Shown one piece after another: positions 7,652 through 16,769 of a DNA stretch of 32,000 bases (positions within the stretch are counted from its first letter, which is position 1; every line of letters starts with the position of its first letter). A program made the position numbers and the translations under genes. Origin of the DNA: Candidatus Kuenenia stuttgartensis (GTDB lineage: Bacteria; Planctomycetota; Brocadiia; Brocadiales; Brocadiaceae); the NCBI RefSeq assembly GCF_900232105.1, contig NZ_LT934425.1:2670001-2702000 (forward strand). Reading direction: 5' to 3'. The notes beneath the pieces are model-generated. The model saw nothing but the letters and a program-made list of their open reading frames with translations, did no database searches and was not told the DNA's origin.

Positions 7652-9039
7652 ACAGAACTAAAATATTGGTCGTTGATGATGAAGAGGGATACCGAAAGGT
7701 GCTTTATAACGCACTCACCGAACGCGGATTCCAGGTCAAAACAGCAGCATCGGGAGAAGAGGCGCTTGCGGAATTTAAAAAAAACTCGTTCTCTCTCATT
7801 GTTATCGATATGAAACTTCCCGGCAGCATTGACGGGCTTGAATTGCTTCAAAGGGCAAAGGAAATGAATAATGCTTCCATCCTGATAATGACCGCCTACG
7901 GCGGGATAGACACTGCCGTAGAGGCAATGAGGCGAGGTGCGTTTAATTACATCACAAAGCCCTTTAGCATTGATGAAATCATGCTTAATATTGAACGCAT
8001 GATTGAGCAAAATAAAATTATTGAAGAAAACAACTATCTTCATTCCGAGCTGGAAAAGGCATTTGGGCGAAAAACCATTATCGGGAATTCGAAAGAAATA
8101 CAGAAGGTTATGGATATGATTTCCAGGGTTGCATTTAGCTCCGCCACCGTTTTAATCACCGGCGAGAGCGGCACAGGTAAGGAACTCGTGGCGCGGGCAA
8201 TCCATTTTAACGGCAATAGAAAGCATAAAAAATTCGTAGTAATCAATTGCGCCACCCTGTCTGAGCATCTTTTGGAAAGTGAATTGTTCGGACATGTCAG
8301 GGGCGCCTTTACCGGCGCTATAAAAGATAAAAAGGGCCTTTTCGAAGAGGCAGACGGCGGCACCCTCTTTATGGATGAGATTGGAGATATTCCAACACCG
8401 GTTCAGGCAAAAATCCTGCGCGTTCTGCAGGAAGGGGAATTTATCCCGCTGGGAGATACCGTTGCACGAAATGTAGACGTCCGGATTATTGCTGCGACAA
8501 ACCAGCACCTGCTCAAAAAAGTACGGGATAAGGAATTTCGCGAGGATTTATACTACCGGCTGAATGTAATCAATATAAAAATGCCTCCGTTGCGGGAGAG
8601 AAAAGAAGATATTCCGCTATTAATAAAACACTTTATCGAAAAATATAATAAAAAAGAAAACAAGCAGATAAAGGGGCTTTCTCCCGAAACGGAAATGGAA
8701 TTATATAAATATCACTGGCCGGGTAATGTGCGTGAACTTGAAAACGCAATAGAAAGGGCCGTTACCCTTACCAATGAACCAATCATTCCGCTACATGTTA
8801 TTTTACCCATTGTACGGAAAGAAGACGGCAACAACATGCTCTTGGACGACCTGCTTTCTCATCCTTACAAAGAAGCGCGAAAAAAGGCCCTTGATGTCTT
8901 TAATACTAAATATGTAATGAATATCATTAATAAAAATAGTGGTAACGTAACCAACGCAGCAAGAGAATGCAAGATAGAAAGACAATATTTGCAACGCATG
9001 TTGAAAAAATACGCTATCAAATCAAGGCAGATAATATAA
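7648..9039 (+). CDS. sigma54-dependent Fis-family response regulator (NtrC type enhancer-binding protein)
   Basis: Receiver (VVDDE...VIDMKLPG...KPF), AAA+ Walker A GESGTGKE, GAFTGA loop, Walker B LFMDEI, C-terminal HTH GNVTNAARECKIERQYLQRMLKKY. ATGA overlap with the kinase stop. Confidence 0.92.
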   Translation: MNRTKILVVDDEEGYRKVLYNALTERGFQVKTAASGEEALAEFKKNSFSLIVIDMKLPGSIDGLELLQRAKEMNNASILIMTAYGGIDTAVEAMRRGAFNYITKPFSIDEIMLNIERMIEQNKIIEENNYLHSELEKAFGRKTIIGNSKEIQKVMDMISRVAFSSATVLITGESGTGKELVARAIHFNGNRKHKKFVVINCATLSEHLLESELFGHVRGAFTGAIKDKKGLFEEADGGTLFMDEIGDIPTPVQAKILRVLQEGEFIPLGDTVARNVDVRIIAATNQHLLKKVRDKEFREDLYYRLNVINIKMPPLRERKEDIPLLIKHFIEKYNKKENKQIKGLSPETEMELYKYHWPGNVRELENAIERAVTLTNEPIIPLHVILPIVRKEDGNNMLLDDLLSHPYKEARKKALDVFNTKYVMNIINKNSGNVTNAARECKIERQYLQRMLKKYAIKSRQII

Positions 9040-9095
9040 TTGCCAACCTACAGTCGACAATCAGCAAATTGCAGATTGAGGATTGGGGATTGCTA
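9040..9095 (+). repeat. heptamer-periodic dispersed element (8 units: ttgccaa cctacag tcgacaa tcagcaa attgcag attgagg attgggg attgcta)
   Basis: Begins at the nucleotide after the activator stop codon and fills the convergent gap to sppA. Confidence 0.75.
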
Positions 9096-9101
9096 CAATA
9101 A

Positions 9102-10088
9102 CTAAGGCATCCATATATACATAAACGAAGGGGCGCCGGAATGGATAAACGTCTTTATATCAATGTTGAAAAGATTAATGTTTCCTGCGCTTGCGCCGGT
9201 TAATTGCGAATATATGTTGTTTTTATATGACCCGGGTCTGTGGTAAAGAATAACTCGCGCCTCCGTAAGATTAGTTTCTTTTTTTGCGATTGAAACCGCG
9301 TCATCCAGATACCCTATTTGATCAATCAGCCCATTCTCCAGCGCCTGTTGAGCGGAATAAATCCTTCCGTCTGCAAGTTCTCTTATCTTCTCCATCGAAA
9401 TGCCCTCCCTGTTTTCCTCAATGACGCAAAGGAATCTCTCATACATAGCATTAAGTATCTCTGAAAATATCCTCCGATCCTCTTCTGTCATCTTCTTCAA
9501 AGGAGATCCCATATCCTTGTGTTCTCCGGTTTTAACAGAGGCGTCGGCAATTCCAACCTTCTGCAAAAGCCCTTCTATGCTAAGGTTGATCATAATGACG
9601 CCGATACTTCCTGTTACCGTTGTCGGGTGCGCTATAATTTTGTCTGCAGAAGCCGCAACATAATAACCCCCCGATGCACCAATATCCATAATACAGGCAA
9701 TAACCTTTTTCTTCGTCTCCTCTTTAAACCGCATAATTTCATAATACATCATGTCCGATGCTGTAACCTTCCCGCCCGGACTGTTTATGCGCAGCAGAAT
9801 TGCCTTCACTTGTTTGTCCATCTTCGCCAGCGTCAACTCTTCCTTAACACGTGAAACCATATCCAGCTCTTCCGTCAAACCGGGAAAGCCTGCCTTTTTT
9901 TCATCAGAAATAATTCCTGAAATATCAATAATGAGTATTTTGTCTTTCCCCCTTCCCGAAACGGTCTTTTCACTAAGCGGACCCACCGTAGGCACCAAAG
10001 AAACCGTTATAAAACTACAGCCTGAAATCAAAAACATGAGACAGGAAAGAAAATAAGGAAGTAACATGTGACAATGATTGTTTTTCAT
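9102..10088 (-). CDS. sppA: signal peptide peptidase SppA, 36K type
   Basis: GASGGYYVAASADKIIAHPTTVTGSIGV core typical of the S49 peptidase family. N-terminal lipobox-like LISGCS. Confidence 0.88.
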   Translation of the reverse strand: MKNNHCHMLLPYFLSCLMFLISGCSFITVSLVPTVGPLSEKTVSGRGKDKILIIDISGIISDEKKAGFPGLTEELDMVSRVKEELTLAKMDKQVKAILLRINSPGGKVTASDMMYYEIMRFKEETKKKVIACIMDIGASGGYYVAASADKIIAHPTTVTGSIGVIMINLSIEGLLQKVGIADASVKTGEHKDMGSPLKKMTEEDRRIFSEILNAMYERFLCVIEENREGISMEKIRELADGRIYSAQQALENGLIDQIGYLDDAVSIAKKETNLTEARVILYHRPGSYKNNIYSQLTGASAGNINLFNIDIKTFIHSGAPSFMYIWMP

Positions 10089-10198
10089 AATTGATTATGG
10101 GGACGATTTTTAATAATAATTTATGTACCTTAATAAAACAGGAGTATTACTGATTTTTTGTGACTTCCGCCATGTTTTAATAAAACGTTGCAGTAGTG

Positions 10199-10218
10199 TT
10201 AACCCTGACAGGGTTGTT
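10199..10218. repeat. hairpin repeat ttaaccctgacagggttgtt (copy a)
   Basis: 20/20 identical to 28000-28019. Stem aaccct/agggtt. Confidence 0.8.
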
Positions 10219-10303
10219 TCGCCATAACCCCATTAACGGTTACAAAAAATCGGGAATGCACACTAATAAAACAGATACCGGTAACTTCTCAATAAATTGT
10301 AGT

Positions 10304-10345
10304 CCACAGTCTCCATTCGGCAATCTGCAATTTGCCGATTGCCGA
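10304..10345 (-). repeat. heptamer-periodic dispersed element, minus orientation (6 units: tcggcaa tcggcaa attgcag attgccg aatggag actgtgg)
   Basis: The reverse complement was phased by hand. It starts 20 nt after the stop of minus-strand ORF 10366..10773. Confidence 0.7.
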
Positions 10346-10365
10346 ATGCACAGTATTCCCCATTA

Positions 10366-10773
10366 TCAGGGCAATACCGTCCAGCTTTCTTGTCCATTCG
10401 TAAGTATCACCTTTTTAATACCAAATCTTCTTAGCGTTGACATCATATCTTCCTGGTGTTCAAGCAATGAGACGGTAAAACGCTTCATATGCTCCCATTC
10501 CACCTTCAGACAGTCTTCCTCTTCATTTTCAGGAATCGATAACTGGATTTCGTATCCCTGTTCCGATATTTTGCGCTGGAGCAACGAAACGAACTCTTCC
10601 TTATCTTCCGCATTTGTTAAAATTTCCTCCAATGAGAGGTCGCCAATTTCATCGTAAAGAAACAATTCCTTATCTACAAAGGCCATAATAAAAATTATCG
10701 CCGTAAGAAGGGCTATTGCTCCAAGGATTATTACAACATCTTTATATCGTTCTTTTTGTTTACGTTTTGCCAT
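10366..10773 (-). CDS. hypothetical membrane-anchored acidic protein
   Basis: Basic N-terminus plus one TM (VVIILGAIALLTAIIFIMAF) followed by an acidic soluble part. It is more protein-like than the overlapping plus-strand ORF. No recognisable family. Confidence 0.55.
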   Translation of the reverse strand: MAKRKQKERYKDVVIILGAIALLTAIIFIMAFVDKELFLYDEIGDLSLEEILTNAEDKEEFVSLLQRKISEQGYEIQLSIPENEEEDCLKVEWEHMKRFTVSLLEHQEDMMSTLRRFGIKKVILTNGQESWTVLP

Positions 10774-11079
10774 AGTTTATGCCTTTGCGTATTTTATTTC
10801 TAGTCACTATATTGCGAAAGCGGGTTTTTAATGCATACATTTGTTCTTGTCAAAAATGTATTGAATCTCGCATCATCATGCATTACAGTAAACCTTATGA
10901 TTTCTTAACCCCCACAACAGGCCGGAAGAGAGGTGCAAGGCAGTCTTCGCTTTGCATTTATTGATTGCCGGTAAGTTTGAAATTCACTGTATGTGCCGGC
11001 ATAAATGAGAAACAAGTATAAATTTATATCATTGGGTAATAGACAAAAACAACCATAAAATAATTAAGGAGCAGAAATA

Positions 11080-11565
11080 ATGAACAAGCAAAAATGGAAC
11101 TATGTAGCGATTGTATGTGTGGCGGCTATTTTTTTTACCTTTAAAATGTCGATTGCCTCAACCGATACCGTGGAGCCAATAACAGTATCTGAATTAAACA
11201 CCCTTTTGCATAATAATAAGGGGAAAATCGTAATAGTTGATCTATGGGCAACCTGGTGCCCTCCATGCAGAAAAGAAATACCGGGATTTGTAAACCTCTA
11301 TAACAAATATAAAAACAGCGGGTTAGAGATTATTGGTATCGCCTTTGATGAAAATGGACGTGAAGTGGTGCCTGATTTCGTAAAAAGCAACGGCATTAAT
11401 TATCCCGTTTATCTTGCGGGAAACGAAATCGCTATTTCTTACAACCTAAGGGCATACCCAACCACCATTATTTACGACAAAAACGGAGACGTTGCAAATA
11501 AACACATTGGATTTGTGACGGAAGACGCATTCGACCAGGAAATTGCCGCTCTGCTGAAAAAATAG
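11080..11565 (+). CDS. TlpA/ResA-family thiol:disulfide oxidoreductase (thioredoxin fold)
   Basis: N-terminal signal/anchor and WATWCPPCRKEIP CxxC motif. Confidence 0.88.
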   Translation: MNKQKWNYVAIVCVAAIFFTFKMSIASTDTVEPITVSELNTLLHNNKGKIVIVDLWATWCPPCRKEIPGFVNLYNKYKNSGLEIIGIAFDENGREVVPDFVKSNGINYPVYLAGNEIAISYNLRAYPTTIIYDKNGDVANKHIGFVTEDAFDQEIAALLKK

Positions 11566-11657
11566 CCCTCTGGCAGGCTTGCCTGCCAAGGCGGTGCACA
11601 CAGCAGGCAACCTGAAATCAAGATGTTTGTTTGAATAATGGCGTCATGTACCGCGGT

Positions 11658-11695
11658 AAAATTCCAACAATGTAGTGTGACGAGGTTAGTCGCAC
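11658..11695 (-). repeat. inverted copy of the 1950-1990 hairpin unit (aaaattccaacaatgtagtgtgacgaggttagtcgcac)
   Basis: The reverse complement aligns to gtgcgacgaacctggtcgtactacattgttggaatttt at 1955-1992 with a few substitutions. Confidence 0.65.
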
Positions 11696-11845
11696 CGTAT
11701 TCAGTGCAGAGATAGTCGTAAAAAGACCGGCTTTAGCAATGACTTTAGGCTATTTCATAACCCTGTCATGGTTAAAGCCCGCCATTCTCCACACAGCGAA
11801 ATGCATGGGGTTAAGCCTGGACTATGCGGCAAACATCGCTACTAT

Positions 11846-11880
11846 TGGAATTTTTCAAAAAACTATAGCGTTATAAATAT
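11846..11880 (+). repeat. copy of module ttggaatttttcaaaaaacta(t/a)ag...
   Basis: The first 21 nt are identical to 1982-2002. Confidence 0.7.
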
Positions 11881-11922
11881 TTCTTATCGATTGAATGGAA
11901 GCAGGAGCTTCCATGACACGTA

Positions 11923-11948
11923 CATTCCCAAGTCGGAACTTGGGAATG
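11923..11948. repeat. short hairpin of the ttcccaag...cttgggaa family (cattcccaagt-cgga-acttgggaatg)
   Basis: 11-bp perfect stem that shares the ttcccaag/cttgggaa core with 5047-5101. Confidence 0.65.
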
Positions 11949-12001
11949 AGAATGGAATCAGGCCACCTTTGGCAACGACTTTATTCTGTTGTGGATATTA
12001 A

Positions 12002-12030
12002 TGCAGAGACGCATTGCATGCGTCTCTACA
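12002..12030. repeat. hairpin of the gtagagaYgca...tgcRtctctac family (copy a)
   Basis: tgcagagacgcat-tgc-atgcgtctctaca with one mismatch. A related copy lies at 20002-20029. Confidence 0.7.
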
Positions 12031-12096
12031 AAAATATTGAAATTCCTAAGCTGGCATAGCCAGAAACAAACAAGTACAAAGCACGAAATACTAAAC

Positions 12097-12145
12097 AAAT
12101 TCCAAAATCTCTTCCCCCCTATCCCCCCTCTCCAAAGGGAAGAAT
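12097..12145. repeat. C-run element aaattccaaaatctcttcccccctatcccccctctccaaagggaagaa
   Basis: A related copy lies at 17607-17640. Internal stem tcttccc/gggaaga. Confidence 0.6.
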
Positions 12146-12193
12146 GTCTCACGCTGGCGGGGGTGCAGGTGGTGGAATTAAATATTTTGCCAA

Positions 12194-12221
12194 AAAATGC
12201 AAAGAAATTACCGATAAGGTA
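12194..12221 (+). promoter_or_regulatory. second copy of the 28-nt motif aaaatgcaaagaaattacYgataaggta; candidate mnmA promoter (TGCAAA-N16-TATCAA)
   Basis: 27/28 identical to 4795-4822. Ends 26 nt upstream of the mnmA ATG. Confidence 0.3.
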
Positions 12222-12247
12222 TCAAACATCAAGTATAAAGAATTACC

Positions 12248-13321
12248 ATGAATACAAAGGTTATTATTGCCATGAGCGGAGGTGTTGACAGCAGTGTTGC
12301 GGCACACCTCCTGGTGGAGCAAGGATATGAAGTCGTCGGACTTTTCATGCGCCTAGGACTTGAAAAACTGGACGCCATGACGAAAACAAAGGTGTGCTGC
12401 AGTCTGGAGGACGCCAATGACGCGCGAACCGTTGCCGAGCAGCTAGGGATTCAATTCCATGTCCTGAATTTTAAAGAAGCCTTTGATCACATTATAGACC
12501 ATTTCTGCACTGAATACCTGAACGGAAGAACGCCCAATCCCTGCATCATGTGCAATCAGGAACTAAAATTCGGAAAACTGTTGAATTTTGCAAAGATGCT
12601 AAACGCGGACTTTGTCGCCACGGGACACTACGCAAAGGTAGAAAAACACAACGACAGGTTTTTATTGAAAAAAGGTGATGATCTCAATAAAGAGCAGTCA
12701 TACGTTCTCTTTTCACTCAACCAGGAACAACTCTCAAAAACCCTTTTCCCCTTGGGAACGCTGACGAAAGAATCCGTCCGCCGGATAGCAAAAGATTTAA
12801 ACCTGAAAACAAAAGACAAACCTGAGAGCCAGGATATCTGTTTTGTGCTGGACAATAATTACCATTCCCTTCTTTACGAGAGATATGGCAACCATATTAT
12901 TCCAGGCCCCATCAAGGACAGGCAGGGAAACATCCTGGGAGAACACCAGGGGGCGCCGTTCTTTACCATCGGACAGCGAAAAGGTCTCGGAGTTGCTTTT
13001 GGCTCGCCACGATACGTAGTCGATATAAACCCACGTGAAAATGCAGTAATAATCGGCACGGACAAAGATCTCGAGGAAACCGGACTGATTGCCTCCTCAC
13101 TAAACTGGATTTCCGTTCAGCAACTGGAATTACCCATGGAAGTGCAGGCAAAGATACGTTATCATCATATGCCGGCGCACGCTACCGTATCCCCCTTTGG
13201 AACAGACAAGGTTAGGGTACACTTCAATGAACCGCAAAAGGCCATCACCCCGGGACAGGCAGTGGTCTTTTACGACAATGACACTGTTGTGGGGGGGGGA
13301 TGGATTGACAGGAAAGATTAA
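12248..13321 (+). CDS. mnmA: tRNA 2-thiouridine(34) synthase
   Basis: PP-loop IAMSGGVDSSVAA, NPCIMCN motif, and MnmA-like length and architecture. Confidence 0.93.
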   Translation: MNTKVIIAMSGGVDSSVAAHLLVEQGYEVVGLFMRLGLEKLDAMTKTKVCCSLEDANDARTVAEQLGIQFHVLNFKEAFDHIIDHFCTEYLNGRTPNPCIMCNQELKFGKLLNFAKMLNADFVATGHYAKVEKHNDRFLLKKGDDLNKEQSYVLFSLNQEQLSKTLFPLGTLTKESVRRIAKDLNLKTKDKPESQDICFVLDNNYHSLLYERYGNHIIPGPIKDRQGNILGEHQGAPFFTIGQRKGLGVAFGSPRYVVDINPRENAVIIGTDKDLEETGLIASSLNWISVQQLELPMEVQAKIRYHHMPAHATVSPFGTDKVRVHFNEPQKAITPGQAVVFYDNDTVVGGGWIDRKD

Positions 13322-13354
13322 TCGCACGTAGTTTTATATTCATTATTCAACAAA

Positions 13355-14094
13355 ATGAAAAGGAAAAAAGACAACGACTATTCTTGTCCTTTCAAATGTA
13401 TTGCTGGCTTTGTGCCTGGCGTAGTATTTTTCTTTATCATGCTTATCATGCCGGCGCCGGAAGGTATGTCCCCGTTTGCCAAAAAACCGCCGCAGTAACC
13501 TTGTTAATGGTGTGCTGGTGGATATCGGAAGCGCTCCCCATCTTTGTCACTGCTTTGACGCCTCTTGCCCTGTTTCTGATCCTGGGGATTATGAATGGCA
13601 GGGAAGTTGCAATGCCCTATGCGGAAGACGCGGCATTCCTCTTCCTCGGAGGATTCTGTATTGCAATATCCATGCATAAATGTAACCTGCACCGGCGCAT
13701 TGCCCTTTCTATTATAAAGATAATTGGCAATAAACCGAGGCAGCTTGTGCATGGTTTTATGATAGCTATAGCCTTTTTGCCTATGTGGCTTTCCAATACG
13801 GCAACAACTATGATGATGCTTCCCATCGGGATGGCGTTGATTACCCATTTTTGCGGTAGTCAACACGGCCAGAAGAGTAAAACACTTTGGCACTGCATTG
13901 ATGCTGGGTATTGCTTACAGCGCAAATATTGGCGGCATATGGACGCTTGTTGGAACACCTCCAAATCTTGTTTTTGCCGGACAGCTAAAATCCTGTTTCC
14001 CCATGCGCCGGAGATTGGGTTTTTTCAATGGATGAAGGTTGGTGTTCCCCTTGTATGTACATTTATTCCCTTAACAAAGGTTGAAAACTCATAA
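13355..14094 (+). pseudogene. DASS/SLC13-family anion:sodium symporter pseudogene (at least 3 frameshifts, C-terminal half missing)
   Basis: N-terminus MKRKK...MPAPEGMSPFAKK is in the frame of ATG 13355, which stops at 13496. The sense continues in ORF 13384 frame (AAVTLLMVCWWISEALP...WLSNTATTMMMLPIG). It then moves to a third frame (FGTALMLGIAYSANIGGIWTLVGTPPNLVFAGQL) and back again (FPHAPEIGFFQWMKVGVPLV). It ends after ~240 codons without the second SNxxT half. Confidence 0.7.
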
Positions 14095-14133
14095 ACTAAA
14101 AGGGAACCTCAGGGATTATTATATCTTTTTATA

Positions 14134-14793
14134 ATGGAATTTATAGAATTGTATTTTGAAGATTCCGCTGAATTTGTTAAATTTGCGGAAGAATTTCGTG
14201 AGAGTATAAAATATTTGATACAGATGAATAGACAAAATATAACCGGTTACAAACAAGTGCTTACAGAAATATCAAAAACAAGGGTTGTTTTTGCCGAACT
14301 CGATGATTTCTTCCGCAAGGCAGATGAAAATATTTTCCATGACCCGGATGACCCGCGGGACGGAATCGGCCGCCTCCCTGGCCCTGACCGGTTGATGCTC
14401 CTCATACCCTGTGTTTTCAACCGCCTTGAGGAAGATATATCTAAGTGCAGAGAATGTGAAAATGTCACAATAATCATAGAAAGTTTACAGGTGTTAAAAG
14501 AAGGCATAAATAGTATATTGACCTATTATCTTCGGGATGATGTTGAAGACGCAATCAATTTACTCAGTAACGTCCTGTCAAAGATGGACAAGCTTTCCTC
14601 CCAAAAATCTCAATCCGGCATCCGTTTCCTTAGCGACATAGCGAGAATTGCGCCAGACTTTCAAATTTTCCTTAATATGCTTGAAGGTTTCAGGGAAAAC
14701 AGACGAATAAGACCCAGTGAACCGGAGGCCGATACATCGTGGTCGCCTGAATGCTGGCTGGATTATTACATGGAACAAGCCAGACTAGCGTGA
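14134..14793 (+). pseudogene. 5' part of an acidic hypothetical gene interrupted by the IS element
   Basis: The ORF runs into the IS left end. Only the last 2 codons plus the stop (gcg tga) come from IS sequence. Confidence 0.7.
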
Positions 14794-14811
14794 GTTTATC
14801 ACGAAATAAGG
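14789..14811 (+). repeat. IS left terminal inverted repeat
   Basis: cgtgagtttatcacgaaataagg. Confidence 0.85.
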
Positions 14812-14986
14812 TGTAAGACAAAGACATCAAGTTGCAATCCAATGATTTGTATCGGGTTGCGACTTTTTTTGTCTAAAAAATTATGTATACACTGAATAAT
14901 ACTATATTTATATTGCATTATATGCCTGTATATACTATTATACACGGAGTATTAATCTATTACGTATACACTAACAACTAATAGCC

Positions 14987-16723
14987 ATGGCTACCATTCA
15001 ATCTAAAAACTCCAGAGGTTATAAATATTGGTATATTGTCGAATCGCGGCGCGTTAACGGCAAGCCCAGGCCCATCGTCCTGGCCTATCTTGGCAAGGCA
15101 GACGATTTATTAAAACAACTGCAAGGTCTTACCGAAAAATTACGGCTCAAATCTTATTCACATGGCGCGGTAGCCGCATTGCTAAGTGTGGCCAATGCCC
15201 TGGACGTCCCTTCCGTGATTAATAAATATATAAAGTCGCCACGGCAGTATTGTGCTAAAAAACCTGTTCGAAATAATCTGACCGCCGGAAGTACCCTCTT
15301 GTTGGGTGCCGTGGGGAGAGTGTGTGTGCCTACCAGCAAAAGAGGATGGTGGGATTGGGCAAAGACGACTACTGCCGAATACTTACTCAGACACAGCTTG
15401 AGTAAAATAGACAGTCAGCATTTCTGGGATTTGATGGATGCACTTCCTGAAGAATCCATTGCAGAAATCGAGCGCGAATTAATTGAAAAGACATTTAAAA
15501 CATACAACCTTCAAAGCGACACACTGTTTTTTGATACAACCAATTTTTTCACGTATATCGACACAACTAATCTGCGATGCACTATTGCCCGGCGGGGGAA
15601 AAACAAACAAAAGCGATACGATCTCAGGCAGGTCGGGTTGGCGATGGTCGTTACACGTAACGACATGATACCGTTGTTTCACCATACCTATCAGGGGAAC
15701 ATGGCGGATGCAAAGGTGTTCAGCGCGGTTCTTGAGACGATAAAAGACAGGATGACCGGATTAGGTTTCGACAGCAAAAAGCACACTATTGTTTTTGATC
15801 GTGGAAACAATTCCATGGACAATATGGCTATTGTAGAGAGATTGGCATTGCATTACGTTGGAGCGCTTACACCGTATCATCACAAGCAGTTGGTAGGGGA
15901 TGCCATGTGTAATTTCAGGGAATATGACGTTGACGGCAGTAAGATACAGGTGTACCATGACAAACGGGTTATTTGGGGGCAGGAAAGAACCGTTGTCGTA
16001 TTTATTTCCGAGAAATTAAAGGTTGGGCAATTAAGGGGAATGTCTCAGTCTCTGGAAAAGGCAGAACATCAGTTAAAGCTCTTACAGCAGCATCTGTGTA
16101 ATCCAAAGGGAAAGATGCGGGACAAAGAGGGTCTGGAGGATACGATAAGAAGTGTAGTGAAATGTCAATTTGCGAAGGATGTTATCGATTGGTCGTTAAA
16201 AGAGGTATCTGAAGGCAAGTTTCAATTGAATTTTTCAATCGACCAGAAAAAGCTCGAAGAAATAGAAGGGGAACTGGGGTTCAGGATTCTTATGACAGAC
16301 CATCACGATTGGGATACCGCGGACATTATAAAAGCCTACTATGGGCAATCAAAAATTGAACATGCCTTTAGAAATCTCAAGAACCCCTATCACCTTGCTT
16401 TAAAACCGCAATTTCACTGGACGGATCAGAAAATCAGGGTGCATTTTTTTATTTGCGTCCTCGGATACCTAATGGCGGCGATTGTGTGGTATCAGGCAAA
16501 AGCGCACGCACAATTTAGTGGAACGTTAGATACCCTGTTAGACACCCTTAATAATATAAGGCTTTCTGCTATGCTTGAAGAAACAAAGGCCAGAGGGAGA
16601 GTTAAGGCTACCTACAAATTGGAAGAAATGTCCGACAAGGAATCTCTGTTGATGAATGCGTTAGGCATTATGGATTTCCACAAACATCGGCTGAAACTTC
16701 AAGGACTCAGTGTATACAATTGA
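14987..16723 (+). CDS. DDE transposase, IS1634-like (IS4 superfamily)
   Basis: 578 aa. The N-terminus (YKYWYIVESRRVNGKPRPIVLAYLG) is typical of IS1634-family transposases as I recall them. Candidate DDE residues lie in FFDTTNF, VFDRGNNS and YYGQSKIEHAFRNLK (Y-x2-Q-x3-E-x6-K). Confidence 0.88.
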   Translation: MATIQSKNSRGYKYWYIVESRRVNGKPRPIVLAYLGKADDLLKQLQGLTEKLRLKSYSHGAVAALLSVANALDVPSVINKYIKSPRQYCAKKPVRNNLTAGSTLLLGAVGRVCVPTSKRGWWDWAKTTTAEYLLRHSLSKIDSQHFWDLMDALPEESIAEIERELIEKTFKTYNLQSDTLFFDTTNFFTYIDTTNLRCTIARRGKNKQKRYDLRQVGLAMVVTRNDMIPLFHHTYQGNMADAKVFSAVLETIKDRMTGLGFDSKKHTIVFDRGNNSMDNMAIVERLALHYVGALTPYHHKQLVGDAMCNFREYDVDGSKIQVYHDKRVIWGQERTVVVFISEKLKVGQLRGMSQSLEKAEHQLKLLQQHLCNPKGKMRDKEGLEDTIRSVVKCQFAKDVIDWSLKEVSEGKFQLNFSIDQKKLEEIEGELGFRILMTDHHDWDTADIIKAYYGQSKIEHAFRNLKNPYHLALKPQFHWTDQKIRVHFFICVLGYLMAAIVWYQAKAHAQFSGTLDTLLDTLNNIRLSAMLEETKARGRVKATYKLEEMSDKESLLMNALGIMDFHKHRLKLQGLSVYN

Positions 16724-16769
16724 TGTTGTGCTTAACGCATTGACTGTATTTATGTTACGTTGCTTCATG

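Larger units (their letters stand above)
11566..12247. repeat. 682-bp noncoding mosaic of at least 7 different short palindromic repeat units (BIME-like cluster)
   Basis: Units found by eye are 11570-11587, 11658-11695, 11846-11880, 11895-11914, 11923-11948, 12002-12030 and 12097-12145. Most have relatives elsewhere in the window. Confidence 0.75.

Noticed and set aside
5192-9039. Kinase/activator pair as PilS/PilR regulators of the pilus cluster
   Set aside because: The kinase has a two-TM Cache-like sensor rather than the six-TM PilS architecture. The pair lies 11 kb or more from the pilus genes, and no sigma54 promoter was seen in front of any pilin gene. The idea is unsupported.
10196-10657. 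153-aa plus-strand ORF overlapping 10366..10773
   Set aside because: Its N-terminal part translates the ttaaccctgacagggttg and heptamer repeats, and the rest is Ser-rich antisense of a more protein-like minus-strand ORF.
11768-12288. ORFs 11768..12001(+), 11958..12152(-) and 11989..12288(+) as possible small proteins
   Set aside because: Their translations are read-throughs of palindromic repeat units (GSRSFHD, PKSELGNEN, QRRIACVST, PPIPPLQREE). They overlap each other, and the last one runs into mnmA out of frame.
13384-14094. ORF 13384..14094 as an intact 236-aa membrane protein
   Set aside because: Only its middle part matches DASS transporters. The N-terminal and ~13870-13980 segments make sense only in other frames, and the protein is half-length.
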